A DNA stretch of 64,000 nt from Promethearchaeota archaeon Loki_b32 (GTDB taxonomy: Archaea > Asgardarchaeota > Lokiarchaeia > Sigyniarchaeales > SOKP01): contig NJBH01000016.1 of assembly GCA_005223125.1 (NCBI GenBank), positions 1 to 64,000 on the forward strand. The letters run 5' to 3'. The translations under genes and the position numbers were made by a program. Position 1 is the first letter of the stretch. Each line of letters opens with the position of its first letter. The notes beneath the pieces were generated by a model. That model saw nothing but the letters and a program-made list of their open reading frames with translations, searched no databases and was not told where the DNA came from. This document shows, one piece after another, positions 48,606-58,967 of this stretch.

Positions 48606-49016
48606 ATGTCAATGAAAGTAATTCAAGCATCAGGAAAAAGAAAAATGGCAATAGCACGAGCAGTGTTGAGACATCCCGCCAAAGGCCAAATAAAGATAAA
48701 TAATATACCCTTAAGATTATATGAACCAGAAATCGCTCGATTGAGAATTCAAGAAGTATTTGAGATAATAAATCACCCAAAACTTGAAAAATGCGATATC
48801 AATGTCAGAGTTCATGGTGGTGGCATAATGGGTAGAACGGATGCGGTTCGAATAGCAATTGCAAAATCTATTAATAAATTTATAGGAACAAAAACTATTG
48901 AGAAATCTTTTAGGGAGTATGATGATTCTCTATTATCTGGAGACTCGAGACGAACCGAGCCGAAACATTTTGGGGGGAAGAAGGCCAGATCTCGAAGACA
49001 AAAGAGTTTTAGATAA
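48606..49016 (+). CDS. rps9: 30S ribosomal protein S9
   Basis: SGKRKMAIARA, VHGGG, D-RRTEPKHFGG--AR---QKSFR. Confidence 0.96.
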   Translation: MSMKVIQASGKRKMAIARAVLRHPAKGQIKINNIPLRLYEPEIARLRIQEVFEIINHPKLEKCDINVRVHGGGIMGRTDAVRIAIAKSINKFIGTKTIEKSFREYDDSLLSGDSRRTEPKHFGGKKARSRRQKSFR

Positions 49017-49030
49017 TTTTATTAATTAAA

Positions 49031-50347
49031 TTAAACTTGTTCAATTTGGGCCCCTAATTCTTTTAAATCTCCAAAAAAGGAAGGATAAGAATCTTTTATA
49101 ATTTCACTATTTTGAATATACGAGCTGGAATCAGCATATAATGCAGCAATACTACAAGCCATTGCAATTCTATGATCATTATTATGATTAATTGTAGTAC
49201 CTTTAATTTTATCGCAATGAAATATTGTTAATTTATCATCTTCTTCAATGATTTTAATGCCCATATTACTTAATTCTCGAGCTATAGTAGAAATTCTATC
49301 AGTTTCTTTTAATCTTAGGTTAGATGCATTATAGAGAACTGTTTTTCCCTCCGCAAAAGCTCCGATAACAGATAAAATTGGAAATAAATCAGGAATGTCT
49401 TTGCAATTAATCTCAATTCCTTTTAAAGGATATTTTTTAATATCTCCATTTAAAATTATTTGATTTTTATCCTCATCCATATTGATATTAGCACCCATTT
49501 CCCTTAAAATCTCGATAATTTTTTTATCTCCTTGAGAATTCTTAATGCTTAAATTATTGATAATTATAGAAGATGGTTTTTTAGATAATACTGCAGCTGC
49601 TATAATAAACGCTGCGGAAGAAAAATCTCCTGGAATAGTATAAGACTGAGATCTATAGGTTTGATCGTTTGTTATATAGAATTTACCGATTTCAAAATTA
49701 GCTTGGATATTAATTCCAAATGTTTCTAAAACATCTAATGTGATTTCGATAAAAGGTTTGGAAACTAATGGGGTTGTGAGTTCGATTTCAAAGAAATCTT
49801 TGTTCTCACATTGTAATTGGGGACATAACATTAATAAGGCAGTTATAAATTGTGAACTTTTATTACCCTGAATCTTAATTTTATTACACAGAATTTTTTT
49901 ACGTTTAATTTTAAGTTTACCACCTGATAATTTAAAAACGGCACCAATCTGTTCAAGTGATTTGAGGAGGGGAAGAATTGGTCTATTAAGTTTAAAGAAT
50001 TCTCCTGATAATGAAAGTCCATCTTTAAATAATAAACTTAAGGCACTAAAAATTCTTATGGTTGTTCCAGAGTTTCCACAATCCAGAGTTTTTTTATAAG
50101 ATCTAAAAGATTCTTTACCACTTTTAATGATATACGTATTATCCGATTTTTCTAAGATTTTAACTCCTAAAGTTTTTAATACATTCATTGTAACTTCAAC
50201 ATCTCCACTTTTTAGAGGATTTTTAATTATTGAAATACCATCAGCAAGACTCGCAGCTATAAAAGCTCTATGCGAATAACTTTTGGATCCTGGTGCTATG
50301 ATTTCACCATTCAAACTGCTTGTAATTGGATTAATTTTAAGATTCAT
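49031..50347 (-). CDS. aroA: 3-phosphoshikimate 1-carboxyvinyltransferase (EPSP synthase)
   Basis: PGSKSYSHRA, CGNSGTT, SSQFITAL, PGDFSSA, LRLKETDRI, DHRIAM. Confidence 0.96.
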   Translation of the reverse strand: MNLKINPITSSLNGEIIAPGSKSYSHRAFIAASLADGISIIKNPLKSGDVEVTMNVLKTLGVKILEKSDNTYIIKSGKESFRSYKKTLDCGNSGTTIRIFSALSLLFKDGLSLSGEFFKLNRPILPLLKSLEQIGAVFKLSGGKLKIKRKKILCNKIKIQGNKSSQFITALLMLCPQLQCENKDFFEIELTTPLVSKPFIEITLDVLETFGINIQANFEIGKFYITNDQTYRSQSYTIPGDFSSAAFIIAAAVLSKKPSSIIINNLSIKNSQGDKKIIEILREMGANINMDEDKNQIILNGDIKKYPLKGIEINCKDIPDLFPILSVIGAFAEGKTVLYNASNLRLKETDRISTIARELSNMGIKIIEEDDKLTIFHCDKIKGTTINHNNDHRIAMACSIAALYADSSSYIQNSEIIKDSYPSFFGDLKELGAQIEQV

Positions 50348-50433
50348 TAATTACTAAATAGAAAGTTATAGATATAATATTAATTAAATAATCTAGTAAG
50401 ACTAATGTTTTATTAATCCTCGAAATCGTGTAA

Positions 50434-51546
50434 GTGATGGATAACTCATTTGGTACTATCTATAGAATAACATCATTTGGAGAAAGTCATGGAGCTTTAG
50501 GAGGAATCATATTAGACGGTGTACCGGCAGGACTAGAATTTGATTTAGAATTTATCCAAAATGAACTTGATAGAAGAAGACCAGGTCAATCAAATTTGAC
50601 AACGACTCGTGTTGAGGAGGATCAAGTAAAGGTATTATCTGGCATTTTCAACAATAAAACATCAGGAGCACCAATTTGTTTGATAATTGAAAATAATGAT
50701 ATTAATTCATTAATTTATGAAAATTATAAGCAATTCTTACGACCCTCCCATGTAGATTATTCTGCATTAAAAAAATATGGGGGATATTCTGATTATCGAG
50801 GATCAGGGAGATTTTCTGGCAGAATTACGGCTGGCTTTGTCATGGCTGGAGCTATTGCAAAACAAATATTAAAAAAATATAATATCGTGATATTTGCTTA
50901 TACTAAAAGTATTGGAAAGGTTATCGACGACGATGAGAGGCCTTCTTTAAATGAATTAGAAAAATTGTTCGAAATAAGAAACAAGTCTCTTGTTAGGGCT
51001 ATAAATCATGAGAAATCGAAATTAATGGAGCAGTTAATTGAAAATGTTAAAAATCAAAAGGATTCTATCGGAGGGACTATAAAATGCATTGTTTCAAATT
51101 TTCCTGCTGGGAAGGGAGGGCCGATTTTCAATAGTATTGAGGCAAACATAAGCAAGGCAATTTTTGCGATTCCTGCCATAAAGGGCATTGAGTTTGGAGC
51201 TGGTTTTAAAGCATCCAAAATGAAAGGTTCAGAACATAATGATCCATGGATTTTAAAGGATGGAAAAATCCAAACAATTAAAAATGATGCTGGTGGAATA
51301 ATTGGGGGAATTTCAACTGGTATGCCGATTGAATTTACTATAGCAGTAAAACCACCATCTTCTATAGGGGTTCCACAGAAAACTGTTAATATTGAGATGA
51401 TGGAAAATGTAGAAATTGAATTTAGTGGTCGTCATGATCCGTGTATAGTACCAAGGGTAGTCCCCGTTGTAGAAGCTATGACAGCAAACGTTTTACTAGA
51501 TTTTTTACTTATAGAAGGTTATATTCCTAGGATTTTTAAACAATAA
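50434..51546 (+). CDS. aroC: Chorismate synthase
   Basis: FGESHG, RRPGQ, RPSHVD, GRFSGR, IPAIKGIEFG, GGISTG, GRHDPC. Confidence 0.96.
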   Translation: MMDNSFGTIYRITSFGESHGALGGIILDGVPAGLEFDLEFIQNELDRRRPGQSNLTTTRVEEDQVKVLSGIFNNKTSGAPICLIIENNDINSLIYENYKQFLRPSHVDYSALKKYGGYSDYRGSGRFSGRITAGFVMAGAIAKQILKKYNIVIFAYTKSIGKVIDDDERPSLNELEKLFEIRNKSLVRAINHEKSKLMEQLIENVKNQKDSIGGTIKCIVSNFPAGKGGPIFNSIEANISKAIFAIPAIKGIEFGAGFKASKMKGSEHNDPWILKDGKIQTIKNDAGGIIGGISTGMPIEFTIAVKPPSSIGVPQKTVNIEMMENVEIEFSGRHDPCIVPRVVPVVEAMTANVLLDFLLIEGYIPRIFKQ

Positions 51547-51649
51547 ATGAAGGCTATAAGTTTATTAATAAAAATTAAATTATCTTTATGTTCATAATAA
51601 AAAATAATAATTATTGATAATGATTTGAGTATTATAAAAAGGAATTATC

Positions 51650-51886
51650 ATGCCCCTTTCAGTTCAAGAAAAGCTTATCGAAGATGTTATGAAATTAATA
51701 GATAGATGGTCTTTTGAACAGTGTGCTTATTGCGATGATGGAACACTGGTTTCAATTGAAGGAATGCTTGATTTCAGGTGTAGTAAATGCGGAAAGTCAA
51801 TGAATCCTTTAGAATATTTAGGGGAAATCGGCAAAATTGTTTTTCATTATAGAGAAAATCAAAATAATCTCAAAATTAAGCATTAG
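51650..51886 (+). CDS. Small zinc-ribbon protein
   Basis: CAYC...FRCSKCG. Confidence 0.75.
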   Translation: MPLSVQEKLIEDVMKLIDRWSFEQCAYCDDGTLVSIEGMLDFRCSKCGKSMNPLEYLGEIGKIVFHYRENQNNLKIKH

Positions 51887-51983
51887 AGATATTAATAACT
51901 TATAAAATAAAGAATATATTGATAAAATTAGCAACCATTAATTTTCAAGCTCAATTCTTCTCAATATAAAGCCAAGGTTTTAG

Positions 51984-53420
51984 GTGTTTATAATGAATTC
52001 ACCAATTACAGCCGTTTTATTGGGGGCAGGAAGACGAGGATTTCACGTTTATGGAAATTATGCTCTTAAAGAAAAAAAAAAACTAAAATTTATTGCTGTA
52101 GCTGAACCCATTAAAGCAAGACGTGAAAAATTCGCTAATTTACACAGAATTCCTTCAAATAGATGTTATGAAAGTTGGGAGGATTTACTTTCACAGGATA
52201 AATTAGCAAATATAGCTTTTATTTGTACTCAAGATCAGATGCACACAGAACCTACTTTATTAGCTTTAGAAAAAGGATATCATGTACTTTTAGAGAAACC
52301 TATGGCCCAAACTCTAGAAAATTGTATTAAAATAGTGAAAAAAGTAGAAGAAACGGGAAGAATTTTGGGTGTGGGTCATGTTTTAAGATATACTAGTTTT
52401 TTCTCAACTATATATAAAATAATCCAAAAAGGTCTACTTGGAGATATTGTTAATATTTCTCATAGAGAAAATGTTATGTGGTATCATTACGCCCACAGTT
52501 TTATAAGAGGTCCATGGTCAAATGTAGAAAAATCTTCTCCAATGATTTTAGCAAAATGTTGTCATGATCTTGATTTACTTTTTCATATGACAGGCTCACT
52601 TCCAAAGAAAATAAGTTCTTTTGGAAACTTGTACCATTTCAAGCCAGAAAATGCACCAAAGGGAGCACCAGAATATTGTTTAGATGGATGTCCAGCTAAA
52701 GCAAAATGCTTATATTATGCTCCAAGAATATATATTGATATTATCCCCCAAATTCAATTTATGGAAAAAAGTGATAATAAGTTTTTGAAGATATTAGGGA
52801 AGTTAAGAAAGAACCATGTGAATTTCTTAACATATCTCTCAAAGTTGGTACCTCTATTAAAAGAATTAAGGTATTATAAAGATTTTCCAATTTATTATTT
52901 ATATACAGGTCAAAAAGAAGATTATTCTGACGAGGCAAAAGCTAGAATTTTGAAAAAGAGTCCCTATGGTAGATGTGTATATCACTGTGATAATGATGTA
53001 GTTGACCATCAAATAGTAAATATTGAATTTGAAAATGGAGTTACAGCTAATTTAACGATGCATGGTTTCAGTGAGCGTGAAGGTCGGACATTAAGAATTG
53101 ATGGAACAAAAGCAACATTGATAGGAGAGTTTCATATTAGTGGGGAGAAAATCATATTTTATGATCACTTTTCTGGAAAAGAAACACTGATTTATGCGAA
53201 AAAATTAACACGTGAGTCCGGTGAGCATGGTGTTGGAGATTTTGAACTAGTAGATGACTATATTGAATCACTCATTAGTAAAGAAAAAACTCAACCTTTA
53301 ACAAATGCACAGGAGACTGTTGAGAGCCACTTAATGGCTTTTGCTGCTAATGAATCGCGCTTAAAAGGAATTGTGGTTGATATGAATAAATTTCGTAAAA
53401 AAGTATACAAATTAGGATGA
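51984..53420 (+). CDS. Gfo/Idh/MocA family oxidoreductase
   Basis: LGAGRRG, LLEKPMA, HVLRY, KCCHDLD, YGRCVY, NDVVDHQ. Confidence 0.92.
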   Translation: MFIMNSPITAVLLGAGRRGFHVYGNYALKEKKKLKFIAVAEPIKARREKFANLHRIPSNRCYESWEDLLSQDKLANIAFICTQDQMHTEPTLLALEKGYHVLLEKPMAQTLENCIKIVKKVEETGRILGVGHVLRYTSFFSTIYKIIQKGLLGDIVNISHRENVMWYHYAHSFIRGPWSNVEKSSPMILAKCCHDLDLLFHMTGSLPKKISSFGNLYHFKPENAPKGAPEYCLDGCPAKAKCLYYAPRIYIDIIPQIQFMEKSDNKFLKILGKLRKNHVNFLTYLSKLVPLLKELRYYKDFPIYYLYTGQKEDYSDEAKARILKKSPYGRCVYHCDNDVVDHQIVNIEFENGVTANLTMHGFSEREGRTLRIDGTKATLIGEFHISGEKIIFYDHFSGKETLIYAKKLTRESGEHGVGDFELVDDYIESLISKEKTQPLTNAQETVESHLMAFAANESRLKGIVVDMNKFRKKVYKLG

Positions 53421-53513
53421 TTTTATCAAAAAGAAATAATGTTTGAATAGAAAAATTTTAGTTAATTTTATTATAATTGATATCATAAAGTATCTTAAAG
53501 TTAAAACTAAAAT

Positions 53514-53759
53514 TTGGGAAGTTTAAATAGAATGGATAGAAAGATTGACACTTCTGCCCAATTTATAGAATTTTATAAGAAAAAGGGAGATTATTTGGTA
53601 TCTCTTTCAGAAAATCATTTTAAAAATATAGAATATCGTAAATGTCTTGAATTATTGAACCAAGCTTATGGAATGTATATGAAAGGGAATTATACTGAAC
53701 TTTCTGAAAAAACAAAACAGAGATTCTTAGAAATTAAAGAAAAATATTTTCAAAAGTGA
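53514..53759 (+). CDS. Small helical hypothetical protein (TPR-like hairpin)
   Basis: EYRKCLELLNQAYGMYMKGNY helical pattern; start may be ATG 53532. Confidence 0.65.
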   Translation: MGSLNRMDRKIDTSAQFIEFYKKKGDYLVSLSENHFKNIEYRKCLELLNQAYGMYMKGNYTELSEKTKQRFLEIKEKYFQK

Positions 53760-53764
53760 AATCT

Positions 53765-54259
53765 CTAATCAAATTCTAAAGCTTTGTCCAATCTATCTTC
53801 AATATCTTCAATATGAGAGCCTTGCCAATATACTTTTTTACATTGAAGATTTGAGCACTGATAAAACTCGTTGTAATTATTATATGTATCTTTTAAAACA
53901 AGATCTTTTATTGAATTTTTAGACGGAACTTTATTTAAGTATGAATTGCAAATAGAACATCTGGCTTGAGTTATATTAAATTTAAAATTCAAACCAAATG
54001 TCTTATTGAGTTGATGAAGGTAATTATATATTCCTTTTCCTCTCAAATAAACACTTTTTTCTTTATAGTTCTTATACAAGGGATAGTCTTTAGTAATAAT
54101 AATCCTATCATCTTTATTTGCATATTCTATTAATTTTTCATCTGGTACAGGATCCATCTTAAAATAGTCTATTAAATCATTTGCATAGATAGTATCAAAT
54201 CCAAAAATTCTTAGGAATCGCGCTAATTTGCCTAACATTGAATCAGCTAAAAATTTCAT
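53765..54259 (-). CDS. Mut7-C RNase domain (PIN-like) protein
   Basis: KFLADSMLGKLARFLRIFGFDT, IITKD, RCSICN, C-KVYWQGSH. Confidence 0.92.
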   Translation of the reverse strand: MKFLADSMLGKLARFLRIFGFDTIYANDLIDYFKMDPVPDEKLIEYANKDDRIIITKDYPLYKNYKEKSVYLRGKGIYNYLHQLNKTFGLNFKFNITQARCSICNSYLNKVPSKNSIKDLVLKDTYNNYNEFYQCSNLQCKKVYWQGSHIEDIEDRLDKALEFD

Positions 54260-54363
54260 CTTCAGGAAGTCAAGCTTTTATAAAGTATTTCTAGATTAAA
54301 TAAATTAAAATTTAATTTTAAATTATATAACTGAAATTCAATCAAAAAAAAAAAAGATTTTAG

Positions 54364-54891
54364 ATGGAAGCTAAAGAATTAATGGAAAAAGCAGTTAGAT
54401 TTCATGGACATATCTGTCCTGGTTTGACAATTGGTGTGCTAGCTGCTAAATATGTTTTAGAGCATGGATATGAATATTCTCCAAATGAAGAGTTAGTAGC
54501 GGTTGTTGAAAATGATAACTGTAGTGTTGATGCTCTCCAAGTGTTATTAGGTACAACTTTTGGGAAGGGAAATCTTGTACATCAGGATTATGGTAAAATT
54601 AATTATATATTTTATGATAGAAGAACAAAGAAGGGTGTAAGATTATCTATAAAAAGTAAAGAATTTGGTGATAAAAAGCTAACAAGAGATGAAAAAATCC
54701 AATTATTACTAAATTCAAAACCAGAAGATATATTTAATATATATGAAATTGATTACAATCCTCCCGGATTAGCTGAAATTGAAGAATCTGTACCCTGTGA
54801 GATATGTGGAGAACTTATTATGAATAGTCGACTTATGACATATAATGATTCTGAAATGTGTATTCCTTGTTATAAAAAAATGAGGAAATAG
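54364..54891 (+). CDS. fmdE: FmdE family protein with C-terminal zinc finger
   Basis: FHGHICPGL, ENDNCSVDALQ, TFGKGNL, CEICGE...CIPC. Confidence 0.9.
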   Translation: MEAKELMEKAVRFHGHICPGLTIGVLAAKYVLEHGYEYSPNEELVAVVENDNCSVDALQVLLGTTFGKGNLVHQDYGKINYIFYDRRTKKGVRLSIKSKEFGDKKLTRDEKIQLLLNSKPEDIFNIYEIDYNPPGLAEIEESVPCEICGELIMNSRLMTYNDSEMCIPCYKKMRK

Positions 54892-54999
54892 TAGGAGAAT
54901 AAAATTAATTCTTTAGGTTTATTTCTTTGAATTGTACTCCATAATACTTTTTTACTTCTTGGTTTGTAAATCTTAATATTGTGATGTTTGTGAGATATA

Positions 55000-55764
55000 A
55001 TGGTCGATAATAATATTAAAATTATGGAGGGTGCTGGTCCCTTTTATTTTGAAGGAAGTAGAGTGGGAATTATAATGATACATGGGGGTGGAGGAGGTAC
55101 GTGTGCTGACTTGAAACCACTTGCAGAAGATTTGCATAAGAAAGGAGGATATACAATTTCTGTTCCTTTACTCCCCGGATTTGGTACTACACCTAAAGAT
55201 TTAAAAAATACTCATATTGAAGAATGGAAATCTGCTTTAAATAAGGAATTGGGTATGTTAATGGAAAAATGTGATAAAATTTTTATGGGTGGTCATTCTA
55301 TGGGAGGTGTTTTAACACTGATATTAGCAGCTAATAAGAATTTGGATGGAATTTTTACCATTAGCGCTCCTATAGGCGTGCGGAAATTTTTATTTCATCT
55401 AGTACCATTCTTCCAACTTTTTGTAAAATATCATTCTGTTAATTCAGAACAATTCAAAAAAGATACAAATGGAAAGTGGATTGGATATAATAAGATTCCC
55501 TTAAATATCGCGATAAAAATAAAGAAATTGATGAAAGAAATGAAGAAATCCTTATCCAATGTAAATGCTCCAGCTTTATTATTTCAAGGATGTTTAGATT
55601 CAGACATAAAAAAAAGCAGCATTGATTATATTTTCATTAATATCAGTACAAAGAATAGGAAAAAAGTTTGGCTAACACAAAATAGCCATCCTATATTAGA
55701 AAGTCCAGATCATCATCAAATCGTTTCAGAACTTTTTAATTTCATTAATAAAATTTGTCCTTAA
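55000..55764 (+). CDS. Alpha/beta hydrolase (carboxylesterase / monoacylglycerol lipase-like)
   Basis: IHG, LLPGFG, GHSMGG nucleophile elbow, D and H of the triad near the C-terminus. Confidence 0.9.
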   Translation: MVDNNIKIMEGAGPFYFEGSRVGIIMIHGGGGGTCADLKPLAEDLHKKGGYTISVPLLPGFGTTPKDLKNTHIEEWKSALNKELGMLMEKCDKIFMGGHSMGGVLTLILAANKNLDGIFTISAPIGVRKFLFHLVPFFQLFVKYHSVNSEQFKKDTNGKWIGYNKIPLNIAIKIKKLMKEMKKSLSNVNAPALLFQGCLDSDIKKSSIDYIFINISTKNRKKVWLTQNSHPILESPDHHQIVSELFNFINKICP

Positions 55765-55967
55765 ATTATTTATTTATAATTAAATTACTAAGAATATCAA
55801 AGAGTAGACTTTTGAAATTTTTAAAAATTTTAATAATAATTGAATATTATTTATTTGGTAGAGTTTTATGAGATCAATTCTTAATTACTATAGAGGTAAC
55901 AGAAATTCCATTAAATTTGTTAAAGGGTATCCTAATTAAATTATTTTAAAGATGAGAGAAATATCTT

Positions 55968-57197
55968 ATGATTAAGAATATAAATAAAGGACATACTTTA
56001 CTTGTAAAGGGTCCAGCAAGAATAACAATATTGGAGGGAAAAATTGATGTTTTTGGCAAGATATATCTCCCTGAAAAAGAAAAAGAAGAATCATCCTCAT
56101 CAATAGAGAAGGAAAATGTTTTAATAGTCCCTAGTGCCCAATGTTATCCTCTATTTACAGTAGACAATTCAAAATTAGAAATATATAGTAATGTTGAAGA
56201 TAATATTATAGAAGTCGAAGAAAATTCAATCTCTCCTAAGTGGATTGAAATTAAAGATTCAATTATAACAGAGATGACCCAAAATGTTAGTAAACCTTTA
56301 AAGATCATGGTTTTAGGAATAAGTAGTGGAAAAACAACTTTTATAAAATATCTAGCTAATAATTTCCTGAAAGAAGGACTAAAAGGTGGTTATCTTGATT
56401 CTGATTTAGGGCAACAAATTATATACATTCCTACTACAATTAATATTGGGACAATTAAAGATTATATCGTTTCAAGCGAAAATATTAATTCTGAAAAAAC
56501 TGTGTTTATTGGCGCAACTTTTCCTAAAGGAAGTAATAAATATATCGTCTCTCTCTCGTCTAGTGATCTAATTAAGGATTATTTGACTAAAAATAAAGAA
56601 ACTAATTTTGTATTAATTGATACAGATGGTTGGATAAAAAACGAAGCGGGGATATTATACAAAAATTTTTTCATTAAAACAGTAGATCCAGATATTTTAA
56701 TTGTATTCCATGATGAAACAATTGAAGAACTAGAAGTTATAGAAAAAACATCCTCAAGTTCAAGAAAGGATAGAAAAACATACTTAATTAAAGAGGAAAA
56801 TAAATATTTTTATGAAAAAGACAAAGAAGAGAGAAGGTTTTTACGTCAAAGTCAATTTTCTAAAAAGTTTGAAGAGTTTAGAAAAATTTCAATTCCTTTA
56901 GATAATATGAAATTTATAAAGGCGGATTATAATAAAGAAGAAGACCAAATTATCGAAATGGAGATTAGCGTTAATGATCTTGTCAATCTTCCTTATCATT
57001 ATGTAATAATAGGTTTAATGACTGAAAAATCAGAATTGATAGAAATAGGTCTTCTGTTTATAGTAAATATTGATAAGAATTATATCTTACTATATTCAAA
57101 CTTAACCTATAAAGAACAACTCAAAATAAAGAAAATCCTGCTTGGTAGTCTCAGATTATCAACAAAAGGAAATCATCAAGGGTACCTATATCTCTAA
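55968..57197 (+). CDS. Clp1/Grc3/Nol9 family polynucleotide 5'-kinase
   Basis: TLLVKGPA N-domain, GISSGKTT, LDSDLGQ, IDTDGW, ERRFLR. Confidence 0.85.
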   Translation: MIKNINKGHTLLVKGPARITILEGKIDVFGKIYLPEKEKEESSSSIEKENVLIVPSAQCYPLFTVDNSKLEIYSNVEDNIIEVEENSISPKWIEIKDSIITEMTQNVSKPLKIMVLGISSGKTTFIKYLANNFLKEGLKGGYLDSDLGQQIIYIPTTINIGTIKDYIVSSENINSEKTVFIGATFPKGSNKYIVSLSSSDLIKDYLTKNKETNFVLIDTDGWIKNEAGILYKNFFIKTVDPDILIVFHDETIEELEVIEKTSSSSRKDRKTYLIKEENKYFYEKDKEERRFLRQSQFSKKFEEFRKISIPLDNMKFIKADYNKEEDQIIEMEISVNDLVNLPYHYVIIGLMTEKSELIEIGLLFIVNIDKNYILLYSNLTYKEQLKIKKILLGSLRLSTKGNHQGYLYL

Positions 57198-57263
57198 TTT
57201 TTAATTTTTATCAGATTATATTAAGACCAATTTATTTAAATTGTGTTGTAATTATAATAATTT

Positions 57264-58709
57264 ATGGATGATGATCTTCTTACTAAGTTTCTAAAATTGA
57301 TGAACTCAAAAATTACAGATTCAGATTTAGAATTAACCGCCCTAGGAAAATCTTTAGGGTTAGATTTAATATCTTTTGCGGATTTAAGAGCTTCTCAAGA
57401 AGATACTTTTGCCGATGAAGTGAGGAATAGGGCTATAGAGAAGATGGAAAAGGAGAAAGATAATTTTTTAAAAAATACTCACTCATTTTATGCAGGTAGT
57501 ATTGACTTCATGGTATCTGATGATCTTGAGGGGAAAAAGTTTTTCCTATTAGAAATTAATGGAGGATCTCATAGAGGTCTTTCAATTATAACCAAAAAAC
57601 AACAATCTCTTTTATATGATGGTTATTTTGAAGCTATTATGCAAGCTTCTAGGAAAAAAACGAATAAGGATAATAAAATCTTTATTTTAATCGGTGTACC
57701 AGTTAACGATGGTCTAATTCATGAAAAAGTAATAATGATTGAATATTTTAGAAAAAAACTTAAAAATAACGGTTATACAGTGAAGATTTTTAATACTGAC
57801 AATTATGATAAACATTTTAAAGCAGAATTTGTATTTCTAATAGCAGATTATCGACAACTATCCACATCAATTACATTTTCAAATAATTGGATTAAGTTTA
57901 ATGAAGAAGAAATTAATGTTTTAATAGGAGACGGTATTCCAAGGCGCTTAGAAGATGAAAATTTCTTAAAATTTATTAAAGAAGATTTCCGTAAAATTAA
58001 TTCGATTATTGTTAATCCTATTTTTAGAATAACTGATGATAAATCTTTAACATATTTAGCAAGCTATTTCAGTAAAGAGGTGTTAATGAAATACAATTTG
58101 CGATATCTCTTATTTACTAAAGCTTATACAGAAGAGGAATTAATTAACAAATTAGAATATCTCATAAATACATACCAAAGATCTTTTATTATTAAACCAC
58201 GTGGAGGATCAGGAGGTGCTGGAGTTATGCCGGTTTCTAAAGACGAAGATTTTCTCAGTATAAAAAAGATTTTAGAAGAAAGTAAAAAAGAATTTTATAC
58301 TAAATTTATGGAAAATCGTGAGCCTTATCCGTATACTATTCAAGAAATGGCAGAGTTCTCATTAATTAATTGGAAGGAAGGAAATCATACATTTGATTTA
58401 CGGATTTATTTATCTCAAAGAGAAGGTAAAGTTATACCTGTAGGAGGTTTAGCTAGGATAGCTCGAAATGAATATAGTGGGCGTGGGAGTTTAAATAAAC
58501 AAGAATTTGTAGTAAATTTATCTGGGTATAATGGTCAAATTGAAGTTGAAAGAGGAATTGGGTTTTCTGAAAAAAATTGTAAGTTATTAAATTTGACCAA
58601 AGATGATTTTGTAAATATGTTTTGCATAGGTTGTGTATTATTTGCAAGTATTGTTGAGAATTATGAAACAATCATTAATTTCTCAGATTGGGGTAAAATA
58701 GTAGATTGA
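57264..58709 (+). CDS. Circularly permuted ATP-grasp ligase
   Basis: IDFMV...FFLLEINGGS near the N-terminus; DDK, IIKPRGGSGGAGV, IQE, FDLRIY, VGGLARIA, VVNLS in the C-half. Confidence 0.75.
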   Translation: MDDDLLTKFLKLMNSKITDSDLELTALGKSLGLDLISFADLRASQEDTFADEVRNRAIEKMEKEKDNFLKNTHSFYAGSIDFMVSDDLEGKKFFLLEINGGSHRGLSIITKKQQSLLYDGYFEAIMQASRKKTNKDNKIFILIGVPVNDGLIHEKVIMIEYFRKKLKNNGYTVKIFNTDNYDKHFKAEFVFLIADYRQLSTSITFSNNWIKFNEEEINVLIGDGIPRRLEDENFLKFIKEDFRKINSIIVNPIFRITDDKSLTYLASYFSKEVLMKYNLRYLLFTKAYTEEELINKLEYLINTYQRSFIIKPRGGSGGAGVMPVSKDEDFLSIKKILEESKKEFYTKFMENREPYPYTIQEMAEFSLINWKEGNHTFDLRIYLSQREGKVIPVGGLARIARNEYSGRGSLNKQEFVVNLSGYNGQIEVERGIGFSEKNCKLLNLTKDDFVNMFCIGCVLFASIVENYETIINFSDWGKIVD

Positions 58710-58710
58710 A

Positions 58711-58905
58711 ATGAATCTTGAAACATTAAACTCACTGTTAAATATATCAAATCGGACTACATTATATAGCAAAATATTAATTGAATTAGAAAAAGTTAAA
58801 AATTTAGATTATATTATTTATCAACCTTATGAAACTGCTGAAGAAATTATGCCGCTCATAAAAATTTCTAAAAATTCTAATTTTAATGAAATTAAGCATG
58901 TTTAA
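58711..58905 (+). CDS. Hypothetical protein
   Basis: 64 aa, starts 1 nt after the ATP-grasp stop. Confidence 0.35.
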   Translation: MNLETLNSLLNISNRTTLYSKILIELEKVKNLDYIIYQPYETAEEIMPLIKISKNSNFNEIKHV

Positions 58906-58967
58906 ATCTTTATGGAGCACAACATAATGAATATAATGGTCTTTTTAGTATATTAGAGTTCACACAG

